A stretch of 64,000 bases of DNA from the human T2T-CHM13v2.0 reference genome, Homo sapiens, in assembly GCF_009914755.1 (NCBI RefSeq), contig NC_060942.1, one strand, 5' to 3'. A program made the position numbers and the translations under genes. This document shows positions 1-13,422 of the stretch, piece by piece (within the stretch, counting starts at the first letter, position 1; each line of letters starts with the position of its first letter). The notes under the pieces were generated by a model. The model ran no database searches, was not told where the DNA came from, and saw only the letters and a list, made by a program, of their open reading frames with translations.

Positions 1-239
1 GGAGATGACTCACATGCCAACATCGTTCTGCAGCCAAATTGCCAAATGCTTCCAGTTATGAGGCCAGAAATCTGGGACCCGTGGAAGTAACTAGCTAATG
101 ACTGACACAGCATTGGAAAGATTTTTTATAAGGGAAAAAACCCAACCCTCCTGCTGTTGTAATTTTATATAACATAAGGCAGGGTTAGAGAAATCCAGTT
201 TTGTTCTGGGTTTGTTTCAATCTAGAATTCCCCGGAAGT

Positions 240-610
240 TTAAGATTTATAGATTGTGTATACCTTATTTGGATTCTGAAACAAATTGTAAAAAAGTATT
301 ATGATGTTTATAAGCCTGGAAATTTAAATACTGATTAGGTGATTTGATGATATTAAGGGCTGATTGCACTTTTTATGTAATAATGGTATTGTAGTTATAT
401 ATTACTACATATATATACATACATTTATATCTCTTATCTTTTAGTTGCATACTAAAATATTTATGAACAAAATGATATAAAATCTGATATTTGCCTCAAA
501 ACAATATTGGGTGGAACTGGCATAGATGAAATAAGACTGGCTATGTGGTTAATGTTTGAAGCTGGGTGATGGGTCCATGGAACCTCATGCTTTTTCTCTG
601 TTTTCATTTT
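240..610 (+). mobile_element. Ancient L1 (L1MC/L1ME-like) 3' UTR fragment
   Basis: Degenerate match to recalled L1M 3'-end motifs (GATGAAATAAGACTGGC...GAAGCTGGGTGATGGGTCCATGG); boundaries approximate. Confidence 0.5.
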
Positions 611-611
611 T

Positions 612-1197
612 ATTGTTTTAGAGACAGAGTCTCGCTCTGTTGCCCAGGCTGGGGTGCAGTGCAATATCACACTGCAGCCTCAAACTCCTGGGCTCAAGTG
701 ATCCTCCTGCCTCCGCCTCCCAAGTAGTTGGGCCTATAGGTGTGTGCTGCCATACCCAGCTAATTTTTTTTTTTTTTTTTTTTTTTTTGAGACAAGGTCT
801 GGCTCTGTTGCCCAGGCTGGAGTGCTGGAGTGTAGTGGTGTGATCACAGCTCACTGCAACCTCTGCTTCCCAGGTTCAAGCAATCCTTCTGCCTCAGCCT
901 CCCAAGTAGCTAGGATTACAGGCATGTGCCACCATGCCTGGCTAATTTTGGTATTTTTTGTAGAGATGGGGTTTCGTCATGTTGCTCAGACTGGTCTCGA
1001 ACTCCTGGGCTCAAGCAATCCACCCGCCTCGGCCTCCCAAAGTGCTAGGATTACAGGTTGTGAACAACCGCACCTGACCTCCCAGCTAATTTTTTTAAGT
1101 TCTTGGTAGAGATGGGGTCTTACTATGTTGCCTAGGCTGGTCTCCAACTCCTGGCCTCAAGGGATTCTTCTCCCTCAGCCTCCCAAAGAACTAGGAT
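612..1197 (-). mobile_element. AluJ-like host element, split at its central A-rich linker by a second Alu; 5' ~25 nt missing
   Basis: Right arm 612-770, left arm resumes 1081-1197 and stops at CTAGGATT. Confidence 0.85.
771..1080 (-). mobile_element. Alu nested in the linker of the AluJ
   Basis: Full dimer with poly(T); 16-bp TSD CCCAGCTAATTTTTTT at 755-770 and 1081-1096. Confidence 0.9.
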
Positions 1198-1208
1198 TTT
1201 AAATACCT

Positions 1209-1410
1209 AGAGCAGGTATTTAAACCCCAGAAAATTCTGTAAAGGGGCTCTTGAGGCCCTATGCTCAGGCCACTCCCACCTTGGGGTGTCTACATTCATT
1301 TTCAATAAATTGCTGCTTTTGTTGCTTCATTCTTTCCTTGCTTTGTTTGTGCATTTTGTTCAATTCTTTGTTCAAAACACCAAGAACCTGGACACCCTCC
1401 GCTGGTAACA
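1209..1410 (+). mobile_element. 3' fragment of an ERV1 LTR, MER41-like
   Basis: TATTTAAA box, AATAAA, and terminus TTCTTTGTTCAAAACACCAAGAACCTGGACACCCTCCGCTGGTAACA matching the recalled MER41 end. Confidence 0.65.
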
Positions 1411-1519
1411 CTTCTAGTAAAGCTCAAAGTTGAGAGGCCCCAGGGTCCTTGAAGGGATGAGAAGCCTTTAGAACTTTAGTCCCTAGACCCCAAGTGGGAT
1501 TTAAATCAATACTGCTTGT

Positions 1520-1765
1520 ATATGCTGAGAGGCGGCCTCTTTTGGTGGCCTACTCACATTCATACCCCTTCTTCTTTCACTACACAAACCCTGATGTTGT
1601 TCCCTTATCAAGGTGCCCATACCAAGGGAAATCATCATATTTGGTAGAAACCAATAATGTGCCTCCTCTTTTTCTTTGCCAGTGACTGGTGCGGGTTTGG
1701 GTATGTGACCCAGCTCTGACCAATGACACACAAGGAGAAGTGCCCTGGGGACTTCTGGGAAAGAT
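1520..1765 (+). mobile_element. Ancient ERVL LTR fragment (LTR16/LTR33-like)
   Basis: GTGACTGG...GGGTATGTGACCCAGCTCTGACCAATGA motif. Confidence 0.4.
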
Positions 1766-2168
1766 GGGCATGGCTGAAGAGGGGGGCGGACATCATGGAG
1801 AAAGTCCTTGTCTTTACCACCTTCAGCCTTGTCACGCTTCTAGATCGGTAAATGTGAAGAAGGACAAGCTTGATGCTCAGAGGCTGACAGAGCAGGATGT
1901 CTAGGCTGAGGGAAGCCAGGAGGATGGGGATTCTACGCTAAGATCAGAAGAGATCAGAAGAGTGAGGGCTGTGTGAATACCGCATCCTGGAGGCTGCCCG
2001 ATCCCTGCCAGACAGGCCTTGACCCTCCAGGCAGAAGGTTGGAAGCTGCTTCTTTGGGGATTCTGACTGGCCCAAGATGAAATCCCTAAAAATATTGACA
2101 TTAAAGGCTCTTCCAGAAAAGTCCCAGCCAGATCCCCTCCAGTGAAGCTCACACCATGGGCTCAGAGT

Positions 2169-2262
2169 AGGGTGATCGACTCAGCCTGGCTTACCTGTGA
2201 CTTTTTTGGTTTTGGTGCTGAAACTCCCACGTTCCGGGACACCCCTCAGTGTTGGTCACCCT
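2169..2262. mobile_element. Small hAT-Blackjack element (MER94/MER81-like)
   Basis: Terminal inverted repeats AGGGTGATCGAC / GTTGGTCACCCT. Confidence 0.6.
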
Positions 2263-2698
2263 GACTCAAAGCTTCCAGTCAGCTTCTAAGTCCCTCACCC
2301 TTAATCATGAGCACAACCAGGGTTACCACAAGCCTGGGAAAAGCCTTTGACATCTGGAAGGGGTAAGACTAAAAGGAATCCACAGAACAAAGGAATTTTG
2401 AGAGAGGAGATTATGCAGAGAGAAGAAAACTTAATGAAACTATCACTATCCTTGTAGAGGTAAGAGATCTTGCCCCAGTAAAATAGAAACAGGATGTTAA
2501 GACAGAGAAGTGATTCTTCCTTCTTTCACTCATTTGGTTATTGACTCAGTCATTCAGTTAATAACCAAATATTTCTGACAGCTACTTATAAGAATGTCAA
2601 GAATATTAATATGAATGTCAGAAATCTTGTGCTGTTCCAGCACCCAGAGCAGGGAGAATGAGCTAAGTTGAATTTTGCTCTCGTTTAAGAAAGGGGTA

Positions 2699-3197
<499 letters not shown>

Positions 3198-3249
3198 CTA
3201 ATTCTGCACCTTTTGTTCCTACCATTATTAGCAGATATTTTTTCATTTT

Positions 3250-3490
3250 TGTTTTTTCATTGATGTATAATTTTCATACAATAAAATTTACCTTTTAAGA
3301 AGTATACATGTCTGTGAGTTTTGACAAATGAATAGAGTTGTATAACCACCACCATAAGCAGGATATAGAACAGTTCCATAACTCCTGAAAATTCCTGGGG
3401 CCCCTCTGTAGTCAACACCTACCTCCATCCCTGGCCCTTGGCAATCACCTATCTGTTTTCAATCCCTATAGTTTTGCCTTTTCTAGATGT
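3250..3490 (-). mobile_element. L1MB-like 3' end fragment
   Basis: Antisense L1M 3' UTR motifs (GAGTTTTGACAAATG...ATATAGAACAGTTCCAT...CTATAGTTTTGCCTTTTCTAG). Confidence 0.6.
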
Positions 3491-3499
3491 ATTTATTTT

Positions 3500-4920
3500 T
3501 AAATGTTTAATTTAAAAAACTAAAAATTTCAAACAAGTCTAGAGAATGAAACAATTCATACCGCATATATCCACAATCCCAATTAAACACAGGTTGACAT
3601 TTTGCCATTTTTCCTTCAGATGTTCTTTTTGTTTGTTTAAAAAATAAAACATTGTAAACTCAATTGTAGACCTCCCTGTATCCCATTTACTTCCTCCCTT
3701 TTATCCAAGTTTCACCCATTTTTTTAACCAATATGCATGTGTCTATAAATGGTATACTCTTTGTTTTTAAGCTTTATATAATTGGGTCCATGCTGTACTA
3801 CCCTTTAAAATATGATTTTCCCATTACACATAGTTATATAGTCCATTAATTTTTAATGCTAATGATATTCTATCATGTGCACGTGTATCTTAAATGTTTA
3901 TCCATTCCCCAGTTGGTAGATACTTGGTCTGTTTCGTTTTTCAGTATTGCAAACATTATTGTAAACACCCTTTGATGGTGTTTCCTTGTTGAGATGTGTT
4001 AGTTTTTTGGGGTATGTGTTCAGGAGAGTAATGGCAGAGTCAATCTTACCTGATAATGCTAGACAGTTTTCTAAAGCGATTTTTACCAATCTATGCCTCT
4101 ACTGGTGGTGTATGGGAGTAGATACTATCACTTCAGTGCCTGCTCCCCAATACTTGGTACTATTAACCTGTTCATTTACTGCCTCTGATGAGTGTAAGGT
4201 AGGATGTGATCATTTCAATTTGCATTTCCTATCTACTAATGGGGTTGACCAGTTTCCAAGTGTATTGGCCATTCAGAGTTTCCTCTTCACAGACTGCCTA
4301 CCATATCCTTTGCCCAGTTTTTTATTGGATGTTTTTCTTTTTGTTATTGATTCTGAGACATCCCTTATTGATACGGTTTGGCTGTGTCCCCACCCAAATC
4401 TCTTCTTGAATTGTAGTTCAGGGGAAAGACCCAGTGGGAGGTAATTTAATCATGGGGGCAGTTACCTTCCTACTATTCTCGTGATAGTGAGTGAGATCTC
4501 ATGAGATCTGATGGTTTTATAAGGGGCTTTCCCCTTCTTTGCTTGGCACTTCTTCCTGCCATTATGTGAAGAAAGACGTGTTTGCTTCCCCTTCTGCCAT
4601 GATTGTAAGTTTCCCAAGGTCCCCCCAGCCATGTGGAACTGTAAGTCAATTAAACCTCTTTCCTTTATAAATTACCCAGTCTTGGGCAGTCCTGTATAGC
4701 AGTGTGAGAAGGAACTAATACAATTGTGTATTCTGAACATTAATCTCTCATCGATTATTTGTGTTGTAAATACTTTCTCCCCTATGGCAACTTCATATAT
4801 GATGTTTTTCCTATGAAAGTTTTACAGTTTAATGTAGGCAAAATTATCAATCCTTTCTTTTTGGTTTTGTCCTTTTTTGGGTCTTGTCCATGAAATTCAT
4901 AGAAATATTCTTTTATATTT
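3500..4920 (-). mobile_element. Degenerate L1ME-like fragments, interrupted by THE1 LTR
   Basis: Antisense L1 ORF2-end/3' UTR-like motifs (TTTCAATTTGCATTTCCT, AAATTATCAATCCTTTC). Confidence 0.5.
4369..4722 (+). mobile_element. THE1 (THE1C/D-like) solo LTR, MaLR
   Basis: Starts TGATACGGTTTGGCTGTGTCCCCACCCAAATCTC and ends GGAACTAATACA. Confidence 0.9.
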
Positions 4921-5009
4921 TTTCTGTTAGGGAAAAAGTCTCCAGTGAAAATTCCTGACATCGTGCTGTGGTCCTTTGAGTTCTCTGTTAAGTGAATTTG
5001 TAAGGTTAA

Positions 5010-5232
5010 AGCAGTTCTCAGTGTGGAGGTGGGAGAAGGGGAGGCTTTTTTCCCTCCCTAGGGGAGAATTGGCAATGTCCGTGGGACATGCTTTATTGTT
5101 CTTTAGTGAGTAGACACCATAGGCCGTGGATGCTGCTAAACACCCTACAGTGCAGAGGGTAGTGCACCCCCCACTCCTTGCAAAGAAATATCCAATAAAA
5201 AATGTCAATAGTGCCCAGGTTGAGAAACCCTG
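5010..5232. mobile_element. MER20 (hAT-Charlie)
   Basis: Ends AAAATGTCAATAGTGCCCAGGTTGAGAAACCCTG; internal GCTGCTAAACACCCTACAGTGCA. Confidence 0.75.
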
Positions 5233-5699
5233 GGTTAGAGAATGATGGTGATGATTGGATCACTGAGTCCACACCAGCCAGGAACACTCAGGTGTGAAGG
5301 GCTGTCAGCACTTAGATAAGTAACACTGGGCCATCCTGTGTTAAACTTGGCAAACATACCCTGGCCAAGAGAGACGAGTCTATCGGAGGAAACTTGACTG
5401 AGTGTGCCAAACAGTCTAATTTTTGCTCTAATCACAATAGGAGGAGGAGGAAGTGCTGTCAGTGCTTTTTAATCAGATCTCATTTCCATGCTAATGACCC
5501 CTACCAAGGATGATTTGTATTATGTGCTGTTTCCAAGGGCACACACCATATTTTCTAGTCCCTAACAAATGATCAGCTAATTTCCGTGTTTATTAAAAAT
5601 TTCATGCCCTCTTTACTGATGCAGGGTAAAAGTGTGTTTCTGTTTCCTCCTTTGTAAAAAGATAAAATTTGGCCAGATTAGAGCCTGCTGGTCTGTACA

Positions 5700-5850
5700 G
5701 GCTGGTGGCAACGGAATCACCCAAAGAGCTTTTTAAAAATCTAGGTTCCCAGGATCTACTCCTGGAGATTTCCAGATTGGAGTGGGGCTTAGGAATCTGT
5801 GCTTTTTTTTTTTTTTTTTTTTTTTTTTCCAAAACTTCCAAAAGGATTCC
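5700..5850. mobile_element. MER5-like fragment with expanded poly(T)
   Basis: GAATCACC...GAGCTTTTTAAAAAT...GGGGCTTAGGAATCTGTGC. Confidence 0.4.
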
Positions 5851-6149
5851 AATGAGCCACAGGACTCAAGGAGTGACAGGATTCGTTCTACATCACGGTC
5901 TCAGTTGATGACATTCACGTGCAAATAGCAACTTCTCCAAGACATGCACAGTCTTTGGCCCAAAGTCAGCTTTCTTACGCCCAAAGGGCTTCCCTAATAG
6001 GCCCCCTTTGGGAGCCATAGTCATTCTTTCAAGCGGCCAGGTACCCTTTGGCCAAAGATCTCTTCCATTATGGGTTCGTCCAGGAGCTTGGGGCACTTGC
6101 TCTCTGACAGCAGCCTCCATTCATTAACGGACTCAGGCCAGTACCAGTG

Positions 6150-6420
6150 CTCACTCATTCCTTTGTATGTTCAAGAAATATGTATTTGTTCCTGCTGTGT
6201 GCCAGTTACTGAGCTAAGCAGTAGGAACACTATGTAGAGAAACACAGGTGCAATTTCTGCTCCCTTTGACCTTATAGTGAGTGCCCTGCATGAGGGTCAT
6301 GATAATCACACCAAAAATACCTAATTTCAACTTAAGTGAGAACTGTGAAAGCCTGACCCTAACTAGGAGGCCTGAAGTGGAATTTCTGAGAAGCTAGCCC
6401 TAAATTGAGATTTGTAAGAC
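6150..6420 (-). mobile_element. L2 3' fragment
   Basis: CATTC...AAATATGTATT...GTGCCAG...CTGAGCTAAGCA pattern. Confidence 0.4.
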
Positions 6421-6424
6421 AGTG

Positions 6425-6670
6425 ATACCTAGTATTTATTGAGGGCTCATTATATGCCAGGTACCTTCCTAAGCACTTTACAGAAACCAAGGCATTTAAT
6501 CCTAATACAGCATGCACATAAACACTATTATCCTCATCTACACATGGAGAAACTGAGGCACAGAGCTATGTCATTGGTGCAAGGCCAATGGTGGGGGCCA
6601 GGTGGGGGCACCAGGATATGAATCCAAGCAGTTCGAATCCAGAGCCCATATGCTCAGCCACCATGTCCTG
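6425..6670 (-). mobile_element. MIR
   Basis: TATTTATTGAGGGCTCATTATATGCCAGG and core GGAGAAACTGAGGCACAGAG. Confidence 0.75.
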
Positions 6671-9409
6671 ATGGGTTAACCAGGCAGGGGGTTTATGAGC
6701 AATTCTTTCCAGAAGTTTGACTGTGAAAAGCAGGAGAGAGATCGCTGGAAGCTGGAGTGTGATGTGGGCTTGGAAGGTGAGAAAGACTTAGGACATTTGC
6801 ACTCCTTGAGGATTCTGTGAGGTATTTTATGTTTCCTCAATGCTTGAAGGAAGATGAGGACTAAGGAAGCTTAAAAGAGGGTCTTACCACCAGACCTGGG
6901 GGACCGAGGCCTCCTCCAAATGTGCTGCTTTTTCCCCATTGTCACACAGCCTCCCTGTATCTCCCCGGGAGGCCCCCTTGTTCCCTCCAGTTGTGCAAAC
7001 ATGTTCAGGATCTTCATGGATCTGGACCAGAGACAATAGAGGACACTTACAGAGACTGGCACTCTGTGGTTTTCAGATCCACGCTGGGAATGGGATGGAC
7101 TTGTGAACAGTGAGCTGGTGATATCTTCCTCTGGTATCAGATGAGGCTCACAGCCTCATAAAAGCTTCTGAGACATGTAGAGACCCTTTCTTGGGAAACA
7201 TCTTATTTTACAGAAGATGAACCTGAGACCAATGGGCTTCAAACAAATCAGCAAATCTGGTCATGTTGGACACAACAAATCAGTGTCCAGAACCCAACAG
7301 AACCCAAGTCCCATGAGATATTTTCTTTAACTCTAAACAAATCCCCTACTACAATCTCTGGGCTAGAAGGGCAGTCATTCTCCTTGATATCCTTTTATAA
7401 AACCCCTGCGAGAAACAGGGGAAGTCTGTTAAGGTTTTAGATACTCTACACTTCAGTGCTTACTGGATTGGGAGTTTGGAGAAGCACTGTCTAGCTGTTA
7501 ATTACATTTTAAAAGTTCAAACTACTGCGTTCCATTGTGGTCTGACATATAGACACTTTGTTGCTGAAGCTAAGCATTCCCAACCGCAGAAATTTGACTT
7601 TTCAGTTGCTACTTGGTATGAATAAAGTAAGCAGGTTGTGATGACTATGGTGATGAGGGTAAAGGGTTTGAGGGGGTGGAGGCTTAGGTGAACATCAGCA
7701 GGAATCTGCTGAGGGGAGGTGGCATGGTGGGAATGGAGGGATCAGGGAAGATGGGAATGCCATTGTCTGTGTTTGCCTGAAAGGCTGCAGAAAACCACAG
7801 GACAGGCTGAAACTGGAGGGAGCAGGAGGACGCTTTCTCCACGCTGGAAATGGATCTGCAGTGGGGAGCTTCTCTGGCCCCAGACTGTGCCTTCCCAGCT
7901 GGCAGTCTGGGAGTTGCTTCCCTTTTAGGATTTTTCAATCTCAACCTCTCCTCAGCGAGGAGTGGACCAATAAACCCATGATCTTCAGCTTTCTGTTCTC
8001 CAGCTGTCAGCCTTCTTCATCATGATGACTTCTGGCAGGGCAAAGAAGGAAGACCCAACCCACTCCATTCTTGGAAGGGAAGATTTCTTACATGAATGCC
8101 GAGGCTACACTGAACTGGCATATGGTTCTTCTGTAGAGTTTTATGAGGTTTAAGGCTACATCTTGCAGATATGGGGGCTACGGCCACTAAAAAGAGATTG
8201 TTCCTGGGGCCAGACACTAGGAAAAAGGAAGTCCTTAGCCCAGGAAACTGAACTAAGAGGGCAGGCTGTGGATAGTTGAGAGAGACAGAGAATAAAAAAG
8301 AGAACTACTTTCTTTTTGTTCAAGATCAGATTGTCACAAAATTTAGTGAAGACAAAGATTACTTGGGGATGTTGATAAAAATACATTTCCTGACTCCTAC
8401 ATACTAACAAAAACAAGTAAGCGATTCTGATGCCTACACTTCAAGAAACACTGATATTGACATTAAGGGCCTGGATGTCCCAAAATATGCTCCTAGAGGT
8501 AGAGGATACGAAAACAGCACCATTGTGTGGAGCAGGATGTGGAGAAGGGAGCGATGACGATGAGGATGCTGCTAAGGTCAGATACTTCCATGGAAGGTGC
8601 CTGCTCCAGGGCAAAAAAAGCAGCAAAAGGTTGCTGCCTGCCTTGCTTCTGTCTCTTTATCCAGCCACCCTGTGCTTGCTCAGCAGGATTATCAGCAAGG
8701 TGGCATGCTGGCTGCATGGGGAGAGGCTGGCTCATAGCCAAAGAATCATGCTCATCCTGCTCACCTGAGAATTAAGAGCCTTATGTGCGGTGCTCTTCCA
8801 TGATAGTAACGAGGGACACAATTATTGCCACACTTGGGGCTTATTCTGAGAAGGTCTTCCATACAACTTGCCCCAGGCCTTGTCAAGAATTCCTCCAGTC
8901 TCACTTCTTCCAAGCTGTTAGTCATCTAGCTAAATGGTTAGCTGCTGCCTGGGAATTAGTGAAGATCTATATATTTGGCCATCTCTTCTTCCAGGAATTC
9001 AAAGTTCTACCCATTACAAGGATTTCTCTGTCCTGCCAGAGCTACCCCTGAATGGGGCTATAATATTGTATCAACTTTCAGATGATTGCGTGGCACCTTC
9101 TGTAAACCAGGCTGAATGTTTTCTTAGTCAACTGATCCCAGGAAACCAGCCGTGAGGTCATGGCAGATGGCATTGTAGCAGCAGGAGGTGGTGCACTGAG
9201 ATTGTACAGCCTCTGCTCCAGTGATGTACCGTCACTTTCAGGACCTGCCCCCATATTCCATATCCACTTATGATGGAGACCTCTGCAGGCATCCAACCTT
9301 ATGACTCACTGGATTAGATAAAAATTCATTATGGATAGCTTAAGTCACATGACCACTAATGTCCCATAGCCAGGTATTCTGTTTTTACAAGGGCCCAATG
9401 GCAAGTTAG

Positions 9410-9721
<312 letters not shown>

Positions 9722-10361
9722 ACAAGTTAGAAACTTTTACTTAGAAGAATATTAATAGCCAAAGAGGGCTTGGCTTTGATCCATGACCCCAGAGACCTTT
9801 AAGGGTTTGTCATAGATTTCATAGAGCTACTTGAGGTGCCACAGATACTTGGAGTACTATTTATAGGGGCCAGATAGCAAAGGTAGACCAGCTGGAGAGT
9901 CTTCTCTTGCCCATCACTTTCAGGAATAATTCTCAAAGCCACATCTCAGTACCATGAGAGCTACTTCCCAGGAAGCCACGTGTCACTTGGAGAGTCATTG
10001 CCGCAGCTGCTGAAGCAGAGCCATGCTTCCTCCATCATGTTTTGGCAACTAGTATCATCAGAAATCTACCATGATCGGGATATCATAATATAATCATACA
10101 CTGCCATGACCAGGAAGCTGCCACAGAAAAACCAGACATGTCCAAGATGTTTTCCAGCAGAAGCAGCAGAGGTTTTGTGTGTATCTCACTTCTACCTTCC
10201 AAATCCCATGTGAATGCCTGCTTGGCAGAATCTAAGTCTCAGTCACTGCCTGTGTTAGTTTGCTGTGACTGTCATGTTAAAATATCACCAACAGAGTGGC
10301 TTAAACAACAGAAATGTATTTTCTCACAGTTCTGGAGGCTGGAAGTCCAAGATCCCGGTGA

Positions 10362-11030
<669 letters not shown>

Positions 11031-11718
11031 GGGGTTAGAGTTTCTACGTGCTTTTCTGGAACACAATTTAGAGTATCTGATAACAGTACCCTAGCTGCAA
11101 ATGGGTTTTTAAAAAATGTAACATTTAGCTTTCTGGTTTCTACAGTACAGCAGTGAGAAGCCGGGGGGATCTGTTTCAGGCCAGTCCCTTTATGGAACCC
11201 ACAGCTGCTGCAAGGACCAGCCTATTAGAATCTTCGGACACAGACTCTGCAGTGGCACCAGGGAAACAAGCTTGCCTAGCATCACACAGCAGCATATGTT
11301 CAGCTGGGGCCACCGCCCCTTTTGGCTCAGCACAGGTGCAACGCAAAGGAGCTTTGCTTTTCCTGGGCTCAGGGAAAGTTGAAGGCAACCTGAGAATAGG
11401 TTCTTCCTGGGGAACGGTGTTGAACCTAACCCCCTTCCTCCACTCTTTAAAATCAGGTAACTAGTGAACTGGCACCCACCCCGAATCTCTCCTCATGTTA
11501 CATCGGGGCCCAGGATACGTGTGCAAACTGAGCTTCGGAGTCACCCCACAATCCCATGGTTCCTCTACGTCAGCGATTCTGAAACTATTTGGACTCGAGA
11601 TTTCTTTATATCTTCAACATTATCTGGGACCCGAAGAGCCTTTGTTTATTATGTGGAATATATCTATTGATATTTACTATACTAGAAATTAGAAATGGAA
11701 AAAATGGGATATTTATAA

Positions 11719-12377
<659 letters not shown>

Positions 12378-13377
12378 TCTTTTTTATTTTTTTTTTAAGC
12401 TCAGGGTAGGGCATATATTTTCAAAACAAAAAATGCTAGCGAGAAGACTGTCATTGTGCTACAGTTTCAGAAATCTCTTTAATAGCTGGCTAAATAGAAG
12501 ACATAGCTGATCTTACATCTGCCACTGCTGTCAGTCTGTTGCAGTATCACATATCATGTAGCTTCTGGAAAACTCCAGCATACACTCACTCATAAAGGAA
12601 TGAGAAGGGAAAAAAGCAAGCATCTTGGTTTTATTCTGAAAATAGTGTAGACCTTATGGATTCCCTGGAAGTCTTTCAGGAACTCCTGGAGGGTACCCAG
12701 ATCACACTTTGAGAATCGCCGCTCTAAGCCAATATGCAGATTAATGGAATGAATAACCGTGGTGTATTTCCCACCTAAAAGACAGGCTCTGTGCTGAAGA
12801 CCGACACTGACAGCTTTCGGCCAGGAACTTATCTTTCCCAGCAACAAAGAACAGGGTAAGATACACATGAAAGTTTTAGGGGATCATGAAAAGAAGGAAA
12901 AAAAATTCAGAGACAAGACAATTGGAATACCCTTGACTGAGACTCAAAAAGAAAAATGAAACTTTTAGTACATCATATTGAAAATCCCATGGATTCAAAA
13001 AGAAGGCAGCATGTATGTAAGCCAAAGTGACGGCATAAGGAGTTCTTTGTTAGAAAACAGGGAAAGAGAAGCAAGAGAGCAGGCAGGCAGAAGGGCGGCC
13101 AGGACCATCAGCTCGGGCGCGTGAAATGAGCACAGGGAAAGAAAGGGGTTTCTTTTCTGTTTTGTTTTAAGTAGAATCGTAATTGGGATGGGAAGGGACT
13201 TTAGAGATAATCTATTCAAGGACATCATTTTGTAGTGAGGCAACTGTGTTGTCTCCTGCCCGAGTTCACCCACCTGCTCTTCCTACCAGACCACGTGGGC
13301 AGTGCACTGGAACAAAATCTCTCTATCAGATTATCTCTCCTCTGTTTGTCTCCCTCTCCACCTCTGTGTTCATATGC

Positions 13378-13380
<3 letters not shown>

Positions 13381-13418
<38 letters not shown>
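13381..13418. repeat. (AC)19 microsatellite
   Basis: Perfect dinucleotide run. Confidence 0.97.

Positions 13419-13422
<4 letters not shown>

Noticed and set aside
5803-5828. Isolated poly(T) as a tail-only retroposon insertion
   Set aside because: No TSD; it sits where MER5-like elements have a native T run, so simple expansion is likelier
8430-8775. Overlapping 61-112 aa ORFs in non-repeat sequence
   Set aside because: No recognisable domain and no paired splice sites supporting a coding exon
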